This document shows, in pieces, positions 26,184-37,502 of a DNA stretch of 64,000 nucleotides (position 1 is the stretch's first letter; the number at the start of each line of letters is the position of its first letter). The notes below the pieces were generated by a model. The model saw only the letters and a program-made list of their open reading frames with translations. It was not told the origin of the DNA and ran no database searches. A program made the translations under genes and the position numbers. Source of the DNA: Marsupella aquatica (taxonomy: Eukaryota; Plantae; Marchantiophyta); NCBI GenBank assembly GCA_973895155.1, contig OZ316899.1, positions 13,767,934 to 13,831,933 on the forward strand, read 5' to 3'.

Positions 26184-27030
26184 TTCCATCACCACTAGCG
26201 GACCATGTGTGACCCTCAAAACTCCATTGGTTGTACTCCATTGACAACCAAATGTGTCCAATGCTCCCAAAGAGATCAAATTCTGCTTCAAATCTGGAAT
26301 GTGACAAACGTTTGTCAACGTACGCACAACTCCATCAAACATTTGAATACGCACTGTACCTATGCCAATGACTTGACATGGTTGATCATTCCCCATCAAG
26401 ACGTTCCCTGATTTTGGCTCATAGGTGCAAAAGACCTCCCTGTCATGGTACATATGAAAGGAACATGCAGAATCTAAAATCCACTCCGGCCCCCACCCTG
26501 GAAAACGGTATATAAGGCAAAACCAGCATCATCATCAGAAGTAACAAAACTCGCCTGACTTTGAATGCTACCACCACTCATGCAATTCCTCTTAACGTGG
26601 CCCTTTTGACCACATTTCCAGCACTCAACACCCTTTGAGTCACGTGACTTTGATCTAGCCTTGGTTTTACTAGAGGAGCCTATAAAACGCTCTTGTGACC
26701 TGCCCCTGGTAATTGCTAGTACTGATCCAGATGAAGAAGAAGAACCGCTGTGTATCTTCTTTTGCATTTTGTTTGACAGCAGAGTGTTCAGTGTCTCATC
26801 ATAGGTCAATGTTGTCTTGCCATACAAGATTGTCTGGACCACGTGTTTAGGGTTTAGGGTTTAGGGTTTAGTTCTCATATGAGCATGGCAAGGAAGTAAG
26901 CAAATGAAGTGCCTTCTTCTCATCCTCCACCTTCTCATTGAGACTCGCCAACTCTGCAATGATTATATTAAAACCATCAATATGTACGTGCATAGTTTTA
27001 CCTTCAACCATCTTGAGGTTCATCAACTTC
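26184..27030 (-). pseudogene. Copia gag C-half, zinc knuckle and protease; 5'-truncated at ~27030
   Basis: KLMNLKMVEG..HIDGFN..LLTSLPCSYE, CWKCGQKGHVKRNC, WILDSACSFHM, VLMGN..GIGTVRI, NLISLGALD. Confidence 0.93.
26846..26871 (+). repeat. Interstitial plant telomere repeat (TTTAGGG)3TTTAG inserted in Copia gag
   Basis: Perfect repeats between gag codons ...SYE and VVQTILYGK. Confidence 0.92.
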
Positions 27031-27196
27031 AAGCATGTAGTTTGTGCATTCAGGAGAGTAGACACGGTACATGGTACATGACAGAGGATTTCAACGCTTG
27101 GTGTGGCAGAGTGCCGTGTCTGCAGGGTGTCTAGAAGGGGCATAGTGACTGCAGGTAATGCCTTGCTTGTGAGGGTCATGGACCATGCCCTCACAT

Positions 27197-29620
27197 TCAA
27201 TCGACGACCTGGACGCTTCCGGTACTCAACTGAATAGTGACACGCTGGTACTTGCAGTGAACCACACACTTCATCGACAGGTCAAGTTCACTGCTTGACC
27301 ACCACATGCAGTACTTGTCTTCAAAGTACTGCACCCATTGGCGACATTTCAGCTTGGGAGAAATTTGGGCATTCTGGAATGGAGGAAGTTGATTCCCATT
27401 GTGGCTGATTGATAGCAATGACTTTGTCACTGATAATTTCTTCTTGGGGTAGGAATTACTAGCCAGCATCAGGAGACATGGCCATCGACACAGGTGCTGG
27501 TCATGAAGTGGGATGACTTCTTTGCATTCGCAGATTAATTTTTGCTGCAATCCAGCTTTTCCAAAGTAGTGTTTCTTGCAGCTTTGTTGTAGAAATGGGC
27601 ATTTTGCATTCCATGGAATAGATAAGAGCTAGCACTTCAACTTACAACTCTGTGGGGTAACCCCTAAACCTCAATTCCCATTGTGGCGATCTTTGAGCAT
27701 TCTAAATTACGGAATTCTAAACTTGCAGTGGCCAGCCATTTGTAACTCTACCGAATTATTTCTGAAACTTCTGAATTGTTTTTTTTTTGTGAATGGGGTT
27801 TAGGGTTTACTGGGGTTTGAGTACACCTGGGGGTCGTGGTTTTGTGTGAATGTTAGTCCGGCTTTGTTCAGATGATTGCCTTAGTAAATGTTTTATGGCC
27901 AGGAGGTTTTGTTGTTGTGCATTGACGGAAATGCCAAAACATGAGATTTTTTCCCGAATGCCTTGGGTTGCCTTGAACCTTATTGGGCCATGATTAACAT
28001 TCAATGGGGCAGTGTGGGGAACACACTCAGAATTTGAGGAGGACACGAAGCACAGTGCAAACTGTTACTCAAAATTTGCTTCAAAACAGACATTTACAGG
28101 TTCGTGTGGGATCAGCATCTCCATGGAATGCAGAGTGATCACAGCAGAAGTGTCTACTATTGCTACTTGTAAGGAGGCTATCTATCCTATTGCAGATAGG
28201 CAGGACCTTCATATACGTAAGCGATTCCTCAGGTGTCCTGTTTGGACGGATCAGTTCAGTCAGTAGTGTTGTTGACTATTGAGCTCTCAGCAATGTCAAT
28301 TGGGTCTCCAGATCAATTCTGGCCCTCTTTTCCTTGTCCCTTTTCCGTATCCTATCCCTCACCCTGTTGTCCTTTGTCAATGCTTCGTGCGCGTCCCTTC
28401 TGTCAGCTAGTTCATTCGCTTTCCATCTATCGTGAGTTTAAATCATCTGCTGCCAGAATACGTTCTTCTCAGCTAACTTCTCCAAGGTAGGGATACCAGC
28501 CGTTTGAATGCGTGTGTCTGCAAGTACCTGGTATGGTTGGCCCGGTGAATATTCATGTGAAGGTTCTCCTCCATCCGATAGATATGTAACTTGACCACCA
28601 ACGGGGAAGCCAAAGGTAGGTGCACAGGCACGGCTTGTCCATTCTGCTTTTGGCCGGCCTCCAAAGCCACGATTGTGTTGCCTTCTTCTCGATATGAGCC
28701 TTCTGCTGGAATGGCTGGTATATGCGTCGGATGACAAACCTGCTGCCGCTCCGCTGTTCTCTTGTGATAACTACCTTTGCCCTCGCCCACTGGTACAACT
28801 CAAACAGGTGCGTGATGAAAGTGGTGTCTTGCCGAGAGCGATCAAGTCCCTCACCAAACTGCCAAACACTTATCTCCATCTAAAAACAACCAACCGATGA
28901 ACCGCTTGGAAGTGTACTTGTTGTTGACACGGACGGAGACAACTGTCTCGCAAAACAGCTGAGCCACGTAAACGATATGGTCACACAGGACACTCTCCGT
29001 GGTAGCTCGGTGAAGGTTAAAGGAGTCGTTGGAATGCGCAATGTACCTGGCTTGCTCGGCCAAGTGGAGCCCCAAAATGTGCTATTATTATTATTATTGT
29101 CGCAGCTGTGGATTGAGTCGCACCTATTATGTTCCGAGCAAAGGCCCTCCGTCTGTTCAATGTTGAGGCGGAGGCAATCCCGGCGAGAACGAGGAACACC
29201 CTAAATTGCTAGTACGTTGATATCCTTTGAGTGGGCACGGCTTGACTGTCGGTCACAGTGAGTATGCAATCTTGGCACCTTCCCCAATACAAAATTCCTT
29301 CACCGGAAAGGGGGAAACAAGGGCGGTTCATCACAATTATGGGTGGGAGCTCCAGCCTTCTCATTGATGTTGCCAAGTGACAAATGGGACTGGGAGGAGG
29401 GCCCGGATGTCCCTTATGCCTCCGAGCTTGAGTGGATCATGATTACGCCGCCAATCACCCGGCCGCCTGGTCCAAGTTTCAACATGAATGGGATCGAACA
29501 CAGATTCTTCCTTTGAGCTGGACAACGACTGTCACCCCGCCTCTTGCCATCATAATACAGGGTACTTCAGGTGGTGTTTTGCCGTCAACCACCGTCCTTC
29601 CTGCCTGGTCTTTCTATACA
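27197..29620 (-). pseudogene. Possible decayed coding sequence of unknown type
   Basis: Chain of overlapping minus-strand ORFs with coding-like composition; no motif recognised. Confidence 0.25.
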
Positions 29621-29943
29621 TAATACATATACACACATCATAATTACTCCCTACTGTAATTACGTCTAGCAAGGCATCATTGATTTTTGAAATAACAAAT
29701 GAATCATAGGGTTGGCAAAGGTAAGTTGAATTTGCTGGATGATAGATACCCGATCTATGTCATAATTTATTGCAAAGCTGCAATGGTACCTGGTGTCAGG
29801 TTGTGCCCATTGCAATTGTCCATCCATTGAATCTAGAGCTTGGAAGCCTTTTTTGTAGGCAGAGAGTGGTCCATAGAACAAATCCAAGCCACACAATGTA
29901 CTATGATTCCCAAAACTCGAACTGTCAACGTCTACATCAATAT

Positions 29944-31518
29944 TCAGACAATTGATTTCCTAAATAAGCTCACAACAATTCTTCTCCTAGCGGAATCCAT
30001 GTCCTGAGCCATGAAATCAAAAACCATGTCTAAACTACGGTACTCAGCAAATTTCATGACAAATACGCCACAGTTGTAGTTGTCGGTTTGGCAAGGAATG
30101 TCCTTGCGTGCGTGCCTGGGCCACTCACGAGCCCAAAGGTGCTTCTGATTTTTGGTTCTCAATTCGTCGTCCATGTATTTTGCCAGGTTTTTCAGAACAT
30201 CCGGCTCTTCACCGTGAAGGGAATCCAGATACTCTAGGCATTTCTCGTTCCTGTCAATGACGACCAACGTCCAATGGCTTCCGTCGTGGACATGAATAGG
30301 GACAAAAATACGATCACAATCAAGCAGGAAATACGTCAATTTTGAGGTCCATGACTCCACCGCCGCATAATTATAACCATTCTTTGTGAGTACCGAGTAG
30401 AACCAGGTATCAAAGAAATGGCACTTGAAGACTCTCATCTGTGATCTCTCTTCCATCACTTTGATGAGACCAAAATATGTGTTGATAACCTCGGAAGTTA
30501 TCCATTTTCCTGGAGAGAGGCATCTCATTTCTTTCCGGGTTATGATGCAACCATTAGCGGTGCTGACTAAAACAGCGTCTTGATCCAAGTCAGGACTCAG
30601 GCAAAAGTCTATAACGCCGTCGTTGGCCACCTGGTCCGGTGGAGGGTTTTCTTTTGGTGACTCATTGACAGTAGTAATGGATTTAGTTTTTTGGACCCGT
30701 GCGCCTCTTTGAATCGTAGGCTCGACGATAGTGCTATCCGATATTCCTCCTAGATGATGAACTTCAGCCGCGACAACGGGCTTTCGACCCCAAACTGGGG
30801 TGCTATTATTGGAAAGACGATATCGCGGACGATCATTATCGCGGACGATCGTTACTTGCGAGTCTCTTACCAAAGACTGTCTGGATAATAGCCCCGCCGG
30901 CACCACTGCCCTGTCACACGGCTGAGGCACGTCTGTGTCTCCTTGGAGACCCTCGTCCACAACGCTGTCCATTTGCATACTCGTAGGATAGTGACCTCTA
31001 GCTGCCCTGGCATTCAAATATTGTGTGGAGCAGCCCGGTGGTCTCCACAATGATTTTGCGAAGCTCAACACCTTGTCGAGAGACTTCATGTTCTCGGCAT
31101 ACGCCGTGAGGTCCATGACATCCTCCCTGGCGGAGCAGAATGAGAAGCACTCGCGTTCCAAGAGTAGTGCATGCTTCAGAACCTGCCCCCTGTAAAGAAA
31201 TCGAGCACTATTTCCTCCTTTTTTGAGAAAGCTTCTATTATAGCTCGGATTATTGATATTGGTAGTGAAGAAGCGGCCGTTGGGCGATCTGAATAGAACC
31301 CGATTTCCTAGCCTAACTTTCATTGTCGCTTGTTTGATGCTAGCCATCTCCCCATTGGGACGGTCCGTCGATTCTTCCTTGCTTGCCTTGCGGAGCTCCA
31401 CTTGGTCTCCATCTTTGAAGCTGAAATGGCCGGTGAAATTCTTGAAATGCGCTTCCCAATCCGGTTCCTTGTCTTGGGGAACGCCGAGAAAGATCACAGT
31501 TTCCACCACACCTCTCAT
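29944..31518 (-). CDS. 524-aa ORF ending in a Ulp1/peptidase C48 SUMO-protease domain (ESD4/ULP1a-like); 3' part of a larger interrupted gene
   Basis: RCLSPGKWITSEVINTY, KCHFFDTWFY, GYNYAAV..WT, DCDRIFVPIH, SHWTLVVID, YLDS, PCQTDNYNCGVF. His, Asp, Gln and Cys catalytic residues are present; no introns. Confidence 0.92.
   Translation of the reverse strand: MRGVVETVIFLGVPQDKEPDWEAHFKNFTGHFSFKDGDQVELRKASKEESTDRPNGEMASIKQATMKVRLGNRVLFRSPNGRFFTTNINNPSYNRSFLKKGGNSARFLYRGQVLKHALLLERECFSFCSAREDVMDLTAYAENMKSLDKVLSFAKSLWRPPGCSTQYLNARAARGHYPTSMQMDSVVDEGLQGDTDVPQPCDRAVVPAGLLSRQSLVRDSQVTIVRDNDRPRYRLSNNSTPVWGRKPVVAAEVHHLGGISDSTIVEPTIQRGARVQKTKSITTVNESPKENPPPDQVANDGVIDFCLSPDLDQDAVLVSTANGCIITRKEMRCLSPGKWITSEVINTYFGLIKVMEERSQMRVFKCHFFDTWFYSVLTKNGYNYAAVESWTSKLTYFLLDCDRIFVPIHVHDGSHWTLVVIDRNEKCLEYLDSLHGEEPDVLKNLAKYMDDELRTKNQKHLWAREWPRHARKDIPCQTDNYNCGVFVMKFAEYRSLDMVFDFMAQDMDSARRRIVVSLFRKSIV
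31185..31253 (-). other. DNA N6/N4-methyltransferase motif X-I (SAM binding) in an alternate frame
   Basis: Alternate frame reads IIRAIIEAFSKKEEIVLDFFTGG. One extra G in the G-run joins it to QVLKHALLLERECFSF of the 524-aa ORF. Confidence 0.72.
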
Positions 31519-31582
31519 GTGCTGCCGCGGAGAACCTCAAGGGTACTCTTGAAATAGGTGTCATATTCAAGATGGGCATTAT

Positions 31583-34007
31583 TGTGACGCCAATGACATG
31601 GTCCTTATTTTGTAATCTGATTAAGTAGGTTGCTGTATGCAAGGAGTAGCTATTGATATTGCATAACAATTAGCAAGATGGCAAGAATAAGGGCAATCAT
31701 GGCGTTAAGAATAGGGAAATAAAGGCTATGTCGCGGGTGGTCGGCGACCATATCTCTTTCAATATGTCACCAAATTCGGATCTGTAAAGAGCATTGGAAA
31801 GATCTGGTCAAGGCGAGTAAAATCGATATAAAACACTCGGGAAACGGAGGTGTATTAAGGAAGATACAACCTGATTAGTGTGACGGGTTAACTTGTGGCC
31901 GGAATTAGCGGATTCGGCTTCAGTTTCGGGTTAACCCAAGCTCGGCCACGGCTTAGCTTAGGTAAGCACGGTTTCAGCTTAGCTCAGGTAAGCACGGCTT
32001 CAGCTTAGCTCAGGTCAGCATAACTTCAGCTTAGGCTTAACCCGGGTTCGGATTAGATTGATCTCAGGTTAGACTGAACTTGGGTTAGCCTAAACTCGGG
32101 CTCGGGTTAGCATAGGCAAGCTCGGGTTCGGGCTCAGCTTAGCCTAGGTTAGCGGATAGTGGGTAGCGGCCTAACCCGAGACCACGGGTTAGCTCTACTC
32201 GGGTTAGATAGGATAGCTAGGTTAGCCGAACTCGGGTTAGCTATTTAACTCGGGTTAGCACAGCAGTGAGTACCCTCTCTCGGTTGCGGGGGCATAACTC
32301 TCTGTGTATTTGACCAAATCGGCTATAATTTACCTCGTTGGAAAGAGGAGCTCAAGCCGCTTCCAACTCTGCTATCCGCGCAGAAAATGGTTGAATAGAG
32401 AAATCGGGAGAGGAGGTGCAAGCTCGCAAAAACCATGGAGGAGGGCCAAATCCGAAGTACATAGCCAATTCGAGATAGAAATAAAGTTGCGAGTTAGGGT
32501 TCAGTAGTTAGAGATAGTGGCGGCTCTGTTAGGGCTGGGATGGGGCTCCAACAGCGTAGTATCCACCCATTTGGGCTCAGTATGAGAGTATATAGAGCAG
32601 CCCCCCGGTAGAGGCAAGGGGGGGGGGAACTTCAGTTGTGTGATCTCACGTAGATTGAGCAGCAGGGAGGAGCTCTGTGCAAGGAAGGCTGGGCTTGGAA
32701 GCTGTGTGTTGGGGAGAGCTTGGTTGTGCTATTACTCAGGGAGTAATCAGCCATGCTTCACAACAACAGTTGGCCAGGTTTGCAAGCTGGATTGTGGCTC
32801 TTTCTAGTAGGCAACACAACTGGGTTCTTTTCCCCCGATACAGAGCCTTGGTGATAGGTGACGGGTTGGTGATTGTAAAGTGTGGGGAGGATTTCAATGT
32901 GATTTGCGGTGAGCACAGTAGGGAGGCTGAGATATTGATTGAGGGGCAGTAGGAGGAGCATTTATAGTTTAGTCTGGCAAGGCTACGTGATCCATGGGGA
33001 GTCCCGGCCTTTGTCTGGTAGAGAGCACTAAGGGATTTATGGCCAGAGCTGAGCTTGCAAGGCAAGCATGAGGTCGGGCCTCATTATAGTCTGGGGTAGA
33101 TTGCCGTTAGGCCTGGTACCTGCTTTGAAGTCGAGTCAACTGTGCATGCGTACTTGACATTCTGAAATGGAGGTGTGAGATCTGTACATGCCCCCAAGAA
33201 TGAAGTGCAGTGAAGGAGGTTGAGTTCAGGATTGAGTTTGCAAGGCAAGTACGGGATTGGTTCGAGTCCAATCTGTCATCGCAATCTGGAGTGAGCCGGG
33301 CTCAGGTTCAAGATTGAGCTTGCATGGCAAGCACGGGGCTTGCAGGGCAAGCACGTCGCAATCTAGAGGAGACAGCCTTCAAGCCTAGTGTTCGGATCAA
33401 GTGTTCTAAGTGAACTATTGTGCACATCTTTGAATCTAATTGAGTTTTCCTCTCAGGCCTCATTTCTCTCATGGATGTGTGTGTGTGTGTGAGGCAATCT
33501 GAGTGTATGATGGGACTAGCAGCGCCACTGAGAGGTGTACCGGGTGCACTGAAGTGGGTTGGGTGAGGGCTGTCACAACTCTGATTGCGGAGAGTGGAAT
33601 GGCATAGTGGTGGGGCAATGGCTTAGAAGTCCTAAGCCGGGAATCAGTCAAGAGTCACTGGTTTATGGGTACATTCCGGTGGCGGAATAGAAATATACCT
33701 ATGACAGTAAGCATACGTATAGACATATGCGCACCGTAGCACTAGGCCCTGTGTGTACGGGCCCGATATGAATACCCCTTCTCACCAGAACTATCATGAG
33801 CACAGGATCTGATTCCCAACCTTGGTTCCTAAGGATTGAACTTGGGTGATGTGTGACAGAGTCTTGCTATGATAGTCTGGTGTTAAGGGCATAAATTGGT
33901 GTTTACTGGCCTTCACAACATCCCTTCGTGATCCTCAGGTACAAGGAGATGGTTTTGGCACCCATAGTGACGTTTTTGGTGTTAAGACCCATGTCAATCG
34001 CGTGACA
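31583..34007. mobile_element. Solo LTR E (2,425 bp) inserted in the ParB-MTase-Ulp1 gene
   Basis: TGTGACGC...GCGTGACA termini; TSD ATTAT at 31578-31582 and 34008-34012; internal GCTTAGCTCAGG/CTCGGGTTAG short repeats at 31930-32260. Confidence 0.88.
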
Positions 34008-36225
34008 ATTATAGTTATCGGGGGGACCTCGCGCCGCCTCAATGATTTGTGCTAGAAGTATTCCCGGATGCACAAAAAAGACGAGGGTCAGTGACTCGTT
34101 GGCCGGAATATTGACGACAATTTTCAAAAAATTCAATATTTCTGATTGTGTCCACGTATTGCCCCCGGTGTGTGTTAAGTCCACGATTGCAAGGGATGCC
34201 ACAATGCTCTCACTACAGCTGGCGCAATCGAACGGCGGCTCGGCCGAAGCAAGAAAATCTCCAGTGTAAAAAATTCTGTAGGGATCCATCCTCGACCGAA
34301 TATGTTCGCCAAACTTCTTCAGATACTGATTTTGTAGCCTATTTTTCAAAGGCTCCGGCATGTCGGCCCTCTCGGACACCTTCACCAGGCTCCTGAAATA
34401 TCCGGCATCGACCAATGCGTAACAGCAATCGAGTTTGTCGTTCGTAAAATCAAACATCCGAATGACGTCTGTCCAGAGAGCACCAGCCAAAAACATTCTG
34501 TCATAGTTTGCACGATAGAATCGCAGGATTGCGCCTTTGAGCTTGTCCGTATACTTTGCCTTTGCTGCCAAGTCGGACATGGTCGGCAGATCAGTTAAAG
34601 CATGTTTCTTTCTAATCAATAGCACATCACCCGAACAGACTTTCATTAAGATGTCGGTGATGTTGGATTCCCGCGCACCCTTGAACACTCGGAACATACT
34701 TCCGTTTAACCTCTTTGCTTCCTTTGGTTTGTGAGTAACCTCTCCAATGTTGTCGGGAAAATGTCCTTTCAACCAACTATTGCAAACCGCTCTCCATAGT
34801 TTGTACAAGTCTTCCGATCCGAATAGGATCCAGTTGTACTCGCTAATGGTACTCACCTGCAGCGTGAGTTTTGCAAGCGCCTTGTACTCCTGATCATTAT
34901 CAATCATAAATATGTGAATTGGAGAATTGGAGAATTACACACGCCGCGTACACTACATACCCTGCATACCCGTTCACTAAAACACTTAAAAATGTAGTAA
35001 TGATTTTCTGCCCACTCATCATATATATAAACACAAATCCTCCATATACTACCTGGAATTTGGTAGACTTATGCCCAGAAGGAAGTGGACAAGCTGGACG
35101 ACCCATTTCAATGTACTGCAACCGGGCGTGCTCCACCTGATCGATGAATGGAGATGAAAACCTGTGTGCTTCGGCTTGCATGTTGTTTGCATGGGAAATC
35201 TCCACCAGAACTTGGGCAGGGGTCGAACCCTTCAAGATTCGACCCCGTCAATATTTCAGTAACTTGGCCGTTTGCATCAACGCCGATTGCGTTTGCGGAC
35301 TCCTAATTATCCTCTTTGCAGCCATTGCCGAGTGTTGTCCACTGATTGCAAAATATTTTAATTCGGACAACTTGTTGGAATCAGAATCAAAATCAGAAAC
35401 AGGTAGGTCGATGAGTTTGTAAGCCCCGTCGATGCCAATGCTATAGGCAACCAGATCTGCAGGTAGTGGCTCTTGACCACTAATCATGAGTAATCATGAG
35501 TTTGATGAGGCGATTGACGTGATCGTCATTCAGTAAACGCTCGTTCATCTTGGCCGGCGGAGTGTGGATATTTTCCACTGGAACCGTGCAAAGCGTAGAT
35601 AGTCCAAAGGAATATCAACACTCGTACAACTGCAAAGTCCTCTCTGCATTTTCAAGACGAGAACGATCGACAGCAATGTCAAACTACATCCACATTCAGC
35701 TCGACGATGTCAATCGACTCCCTTTCCTTCTTCTCGACCCTGCTTGTGTCCCCTTCCTCTATCTTTGTTTTTGCTCCACATGCTTGTTCAATGTTCTCCT
35801 CCTTGCTTCTTTTCACCGTTCTTTCTGCTATCGCCTGAGGTTTCTGTTTTCCTGATGCCTCCCCTTTTCGTGCTTCCTTTCCTTCTTCCCTGGCTGCTGC
35901 TGCTGCTCTCTCTCTCTCTCGTAACGACCTTTCTTTTGGCTGCTTTCCTAGGCGTCTCATTCTTCGGCCCGGTCTTTGTTTGGGGTTCTTTGTCTTTGCT
36001 CCTTTCAACTTGCTGCCTCCCTCGCGTGCTTGGCACCGTCAACTGTATATAGCCCCTGTTTCTCTTTTTGCGATTTATGAATTGATCCGGCCATAATATG
36101 ACTTCAAGCAGTTCCTCCGACATGTTGCATCTACCTTTCACACCCTCATTATTACCCCCAAATCTGTCTGAATGAGATGGATGACAAGGTTTCAGCTTCC
36201 TTGTTTTTGGCCCTGATTTGGACAA
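34008..36225 (-). pseudogene. 5' part of the interrupted gene: K/R/E-rich N-terminus, ParB/Srx-like domain, helical region, N-half of an MTase-like fold; one intron (34890-35052)
   Basis: Reconstructed VPVENIHTPPAKMNERLLNDDHVNRLIKLMISGQEPLPADLVAY...YFAISGQHSAMAAKR. GT..AG intron joins FQ|EY in frame. SLAIVDLTH..LTLVFFVH. Lesions: 10-bp duplication at 35481-35500 and TGA stops at 35248 and ~35615. Confidence 0.72.
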
Positions 36226-37502
36226 ACGTCCAGCTTGACAAAGAGCTGGGTGCTTACGGATCCAAGTTTTTACATAATCACAATTGAATTCGTTTGTAGT
36301 TTGCTATGAAGAACCAAAAACACACTTAAAGGCCTTCAAACTCGGTATTCGTTCCTGTAAAGAACAAGATGGGGTTGGTTTGATAGATTTAAACAATAAT
36401 AAAGAACTAAAAATGTTTTCCACACATAGTAATCAAGTTTGATTACTTTAATAAGGTATTTTGAAGATTTCTCCATAGCAGTGAGTAGTTTTTAATGGTA
36501 ACTCAGCATTGGGTAACCATAAATTAATGAAAATGAAATGATTAACAAAACACAAGAGAAAATAATCTCAAAGTACGCTAAGGGAGTCTGGAATAGACCA
36601 AGTTTACTCCTTAGACATAAGTCAAAATGAAAAGACTTAAGGATTCAAATCCATATTGCTTTTCAGATCTAAACTGCTTACTAGAGTACCTTTTAAAATG
36701 CCGTCAACATGTCTTATCCTTTCTTTCTAAGTGGTACTCAGATAAGATCTAAAAGGTAGCTACTTCAACATTTAGATGGTACTGAGCAACACGAAAGAAA
36801 ATCCATCAATTTCAATGAGACTTAAACTCAATGAGTTAACTTTAAGAACTCAAGAGATTGCAATGAGTCACCAACAAGGAATCTATCATTACAACTCAAA
36901 AGATTTGCACAAAAGGAATTTTACTTCCTGTGTTTATAATCATAGGTAAAAACACAAGAAGAAGGTAAGTCTCTCCAAATGTTAAACCTGATCTCGAACT
37001 CATAGATTCATGATCACCTAGTTTAACACAAGGAAAAGGCAAAAATGCATAACTTAACCATCAACTACACTAGTGGTGGAGGGGGTCTTATAGTAAAAAT
37101 TTACAGAGTAAGAGGTCATAAAGTCGAAGAGACATGCCTCTTCATACTCCTCAAAAAGTTAAAATGACGATTCAGTAAGTGAAAAGCCAAAAATCTGGCT
37201 AAGTCTGAACTCGTAAACTAGTAAACTCGTAAGAATTTTACTTAGCAAAACTCGTAATTGTAAACTAGTAACTCTTAAACTAGTAAACTCGTAATGCGGT
37301 ATTCTTAAGGACTTGATGAATTCAACTATTTTTAACTTCCTACCTATAAGTCAGAAAACTCAAAGGTTTTGCCAGTAGGCTTTCCTAGGTACAGACTATA
37401 TACTTAAGAAGTATGACAGCTTCCAAAGCTCTAGAACGCATTTATAAAAATCAGATAAGATGCACTACTCTTAAACCTAACTAAATCACTTAAGACTACT
37501 CT

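Noticed and set aside
26846-26871. True chromosome end or fusion site
   Set aside because: Only 26 bp, single orientation, and gag is colinear on both sides.
27020-27060. CACTA or Helitron terminus at the Copia truncation
   Set aside because: No CACTA, TIR, or TC/CTRR-with-hairpin end visible.
33571-33577. TGTCACA as the end of solo LTR E
   Set aside because: No TSD or PBS there; 34007 gives a matching ATTAT TSD and restores gene continuity.
33903-34007. C-terminus of the 334-aa ORF as real protein
   Set aside because: It is read-through into solo LTR E.
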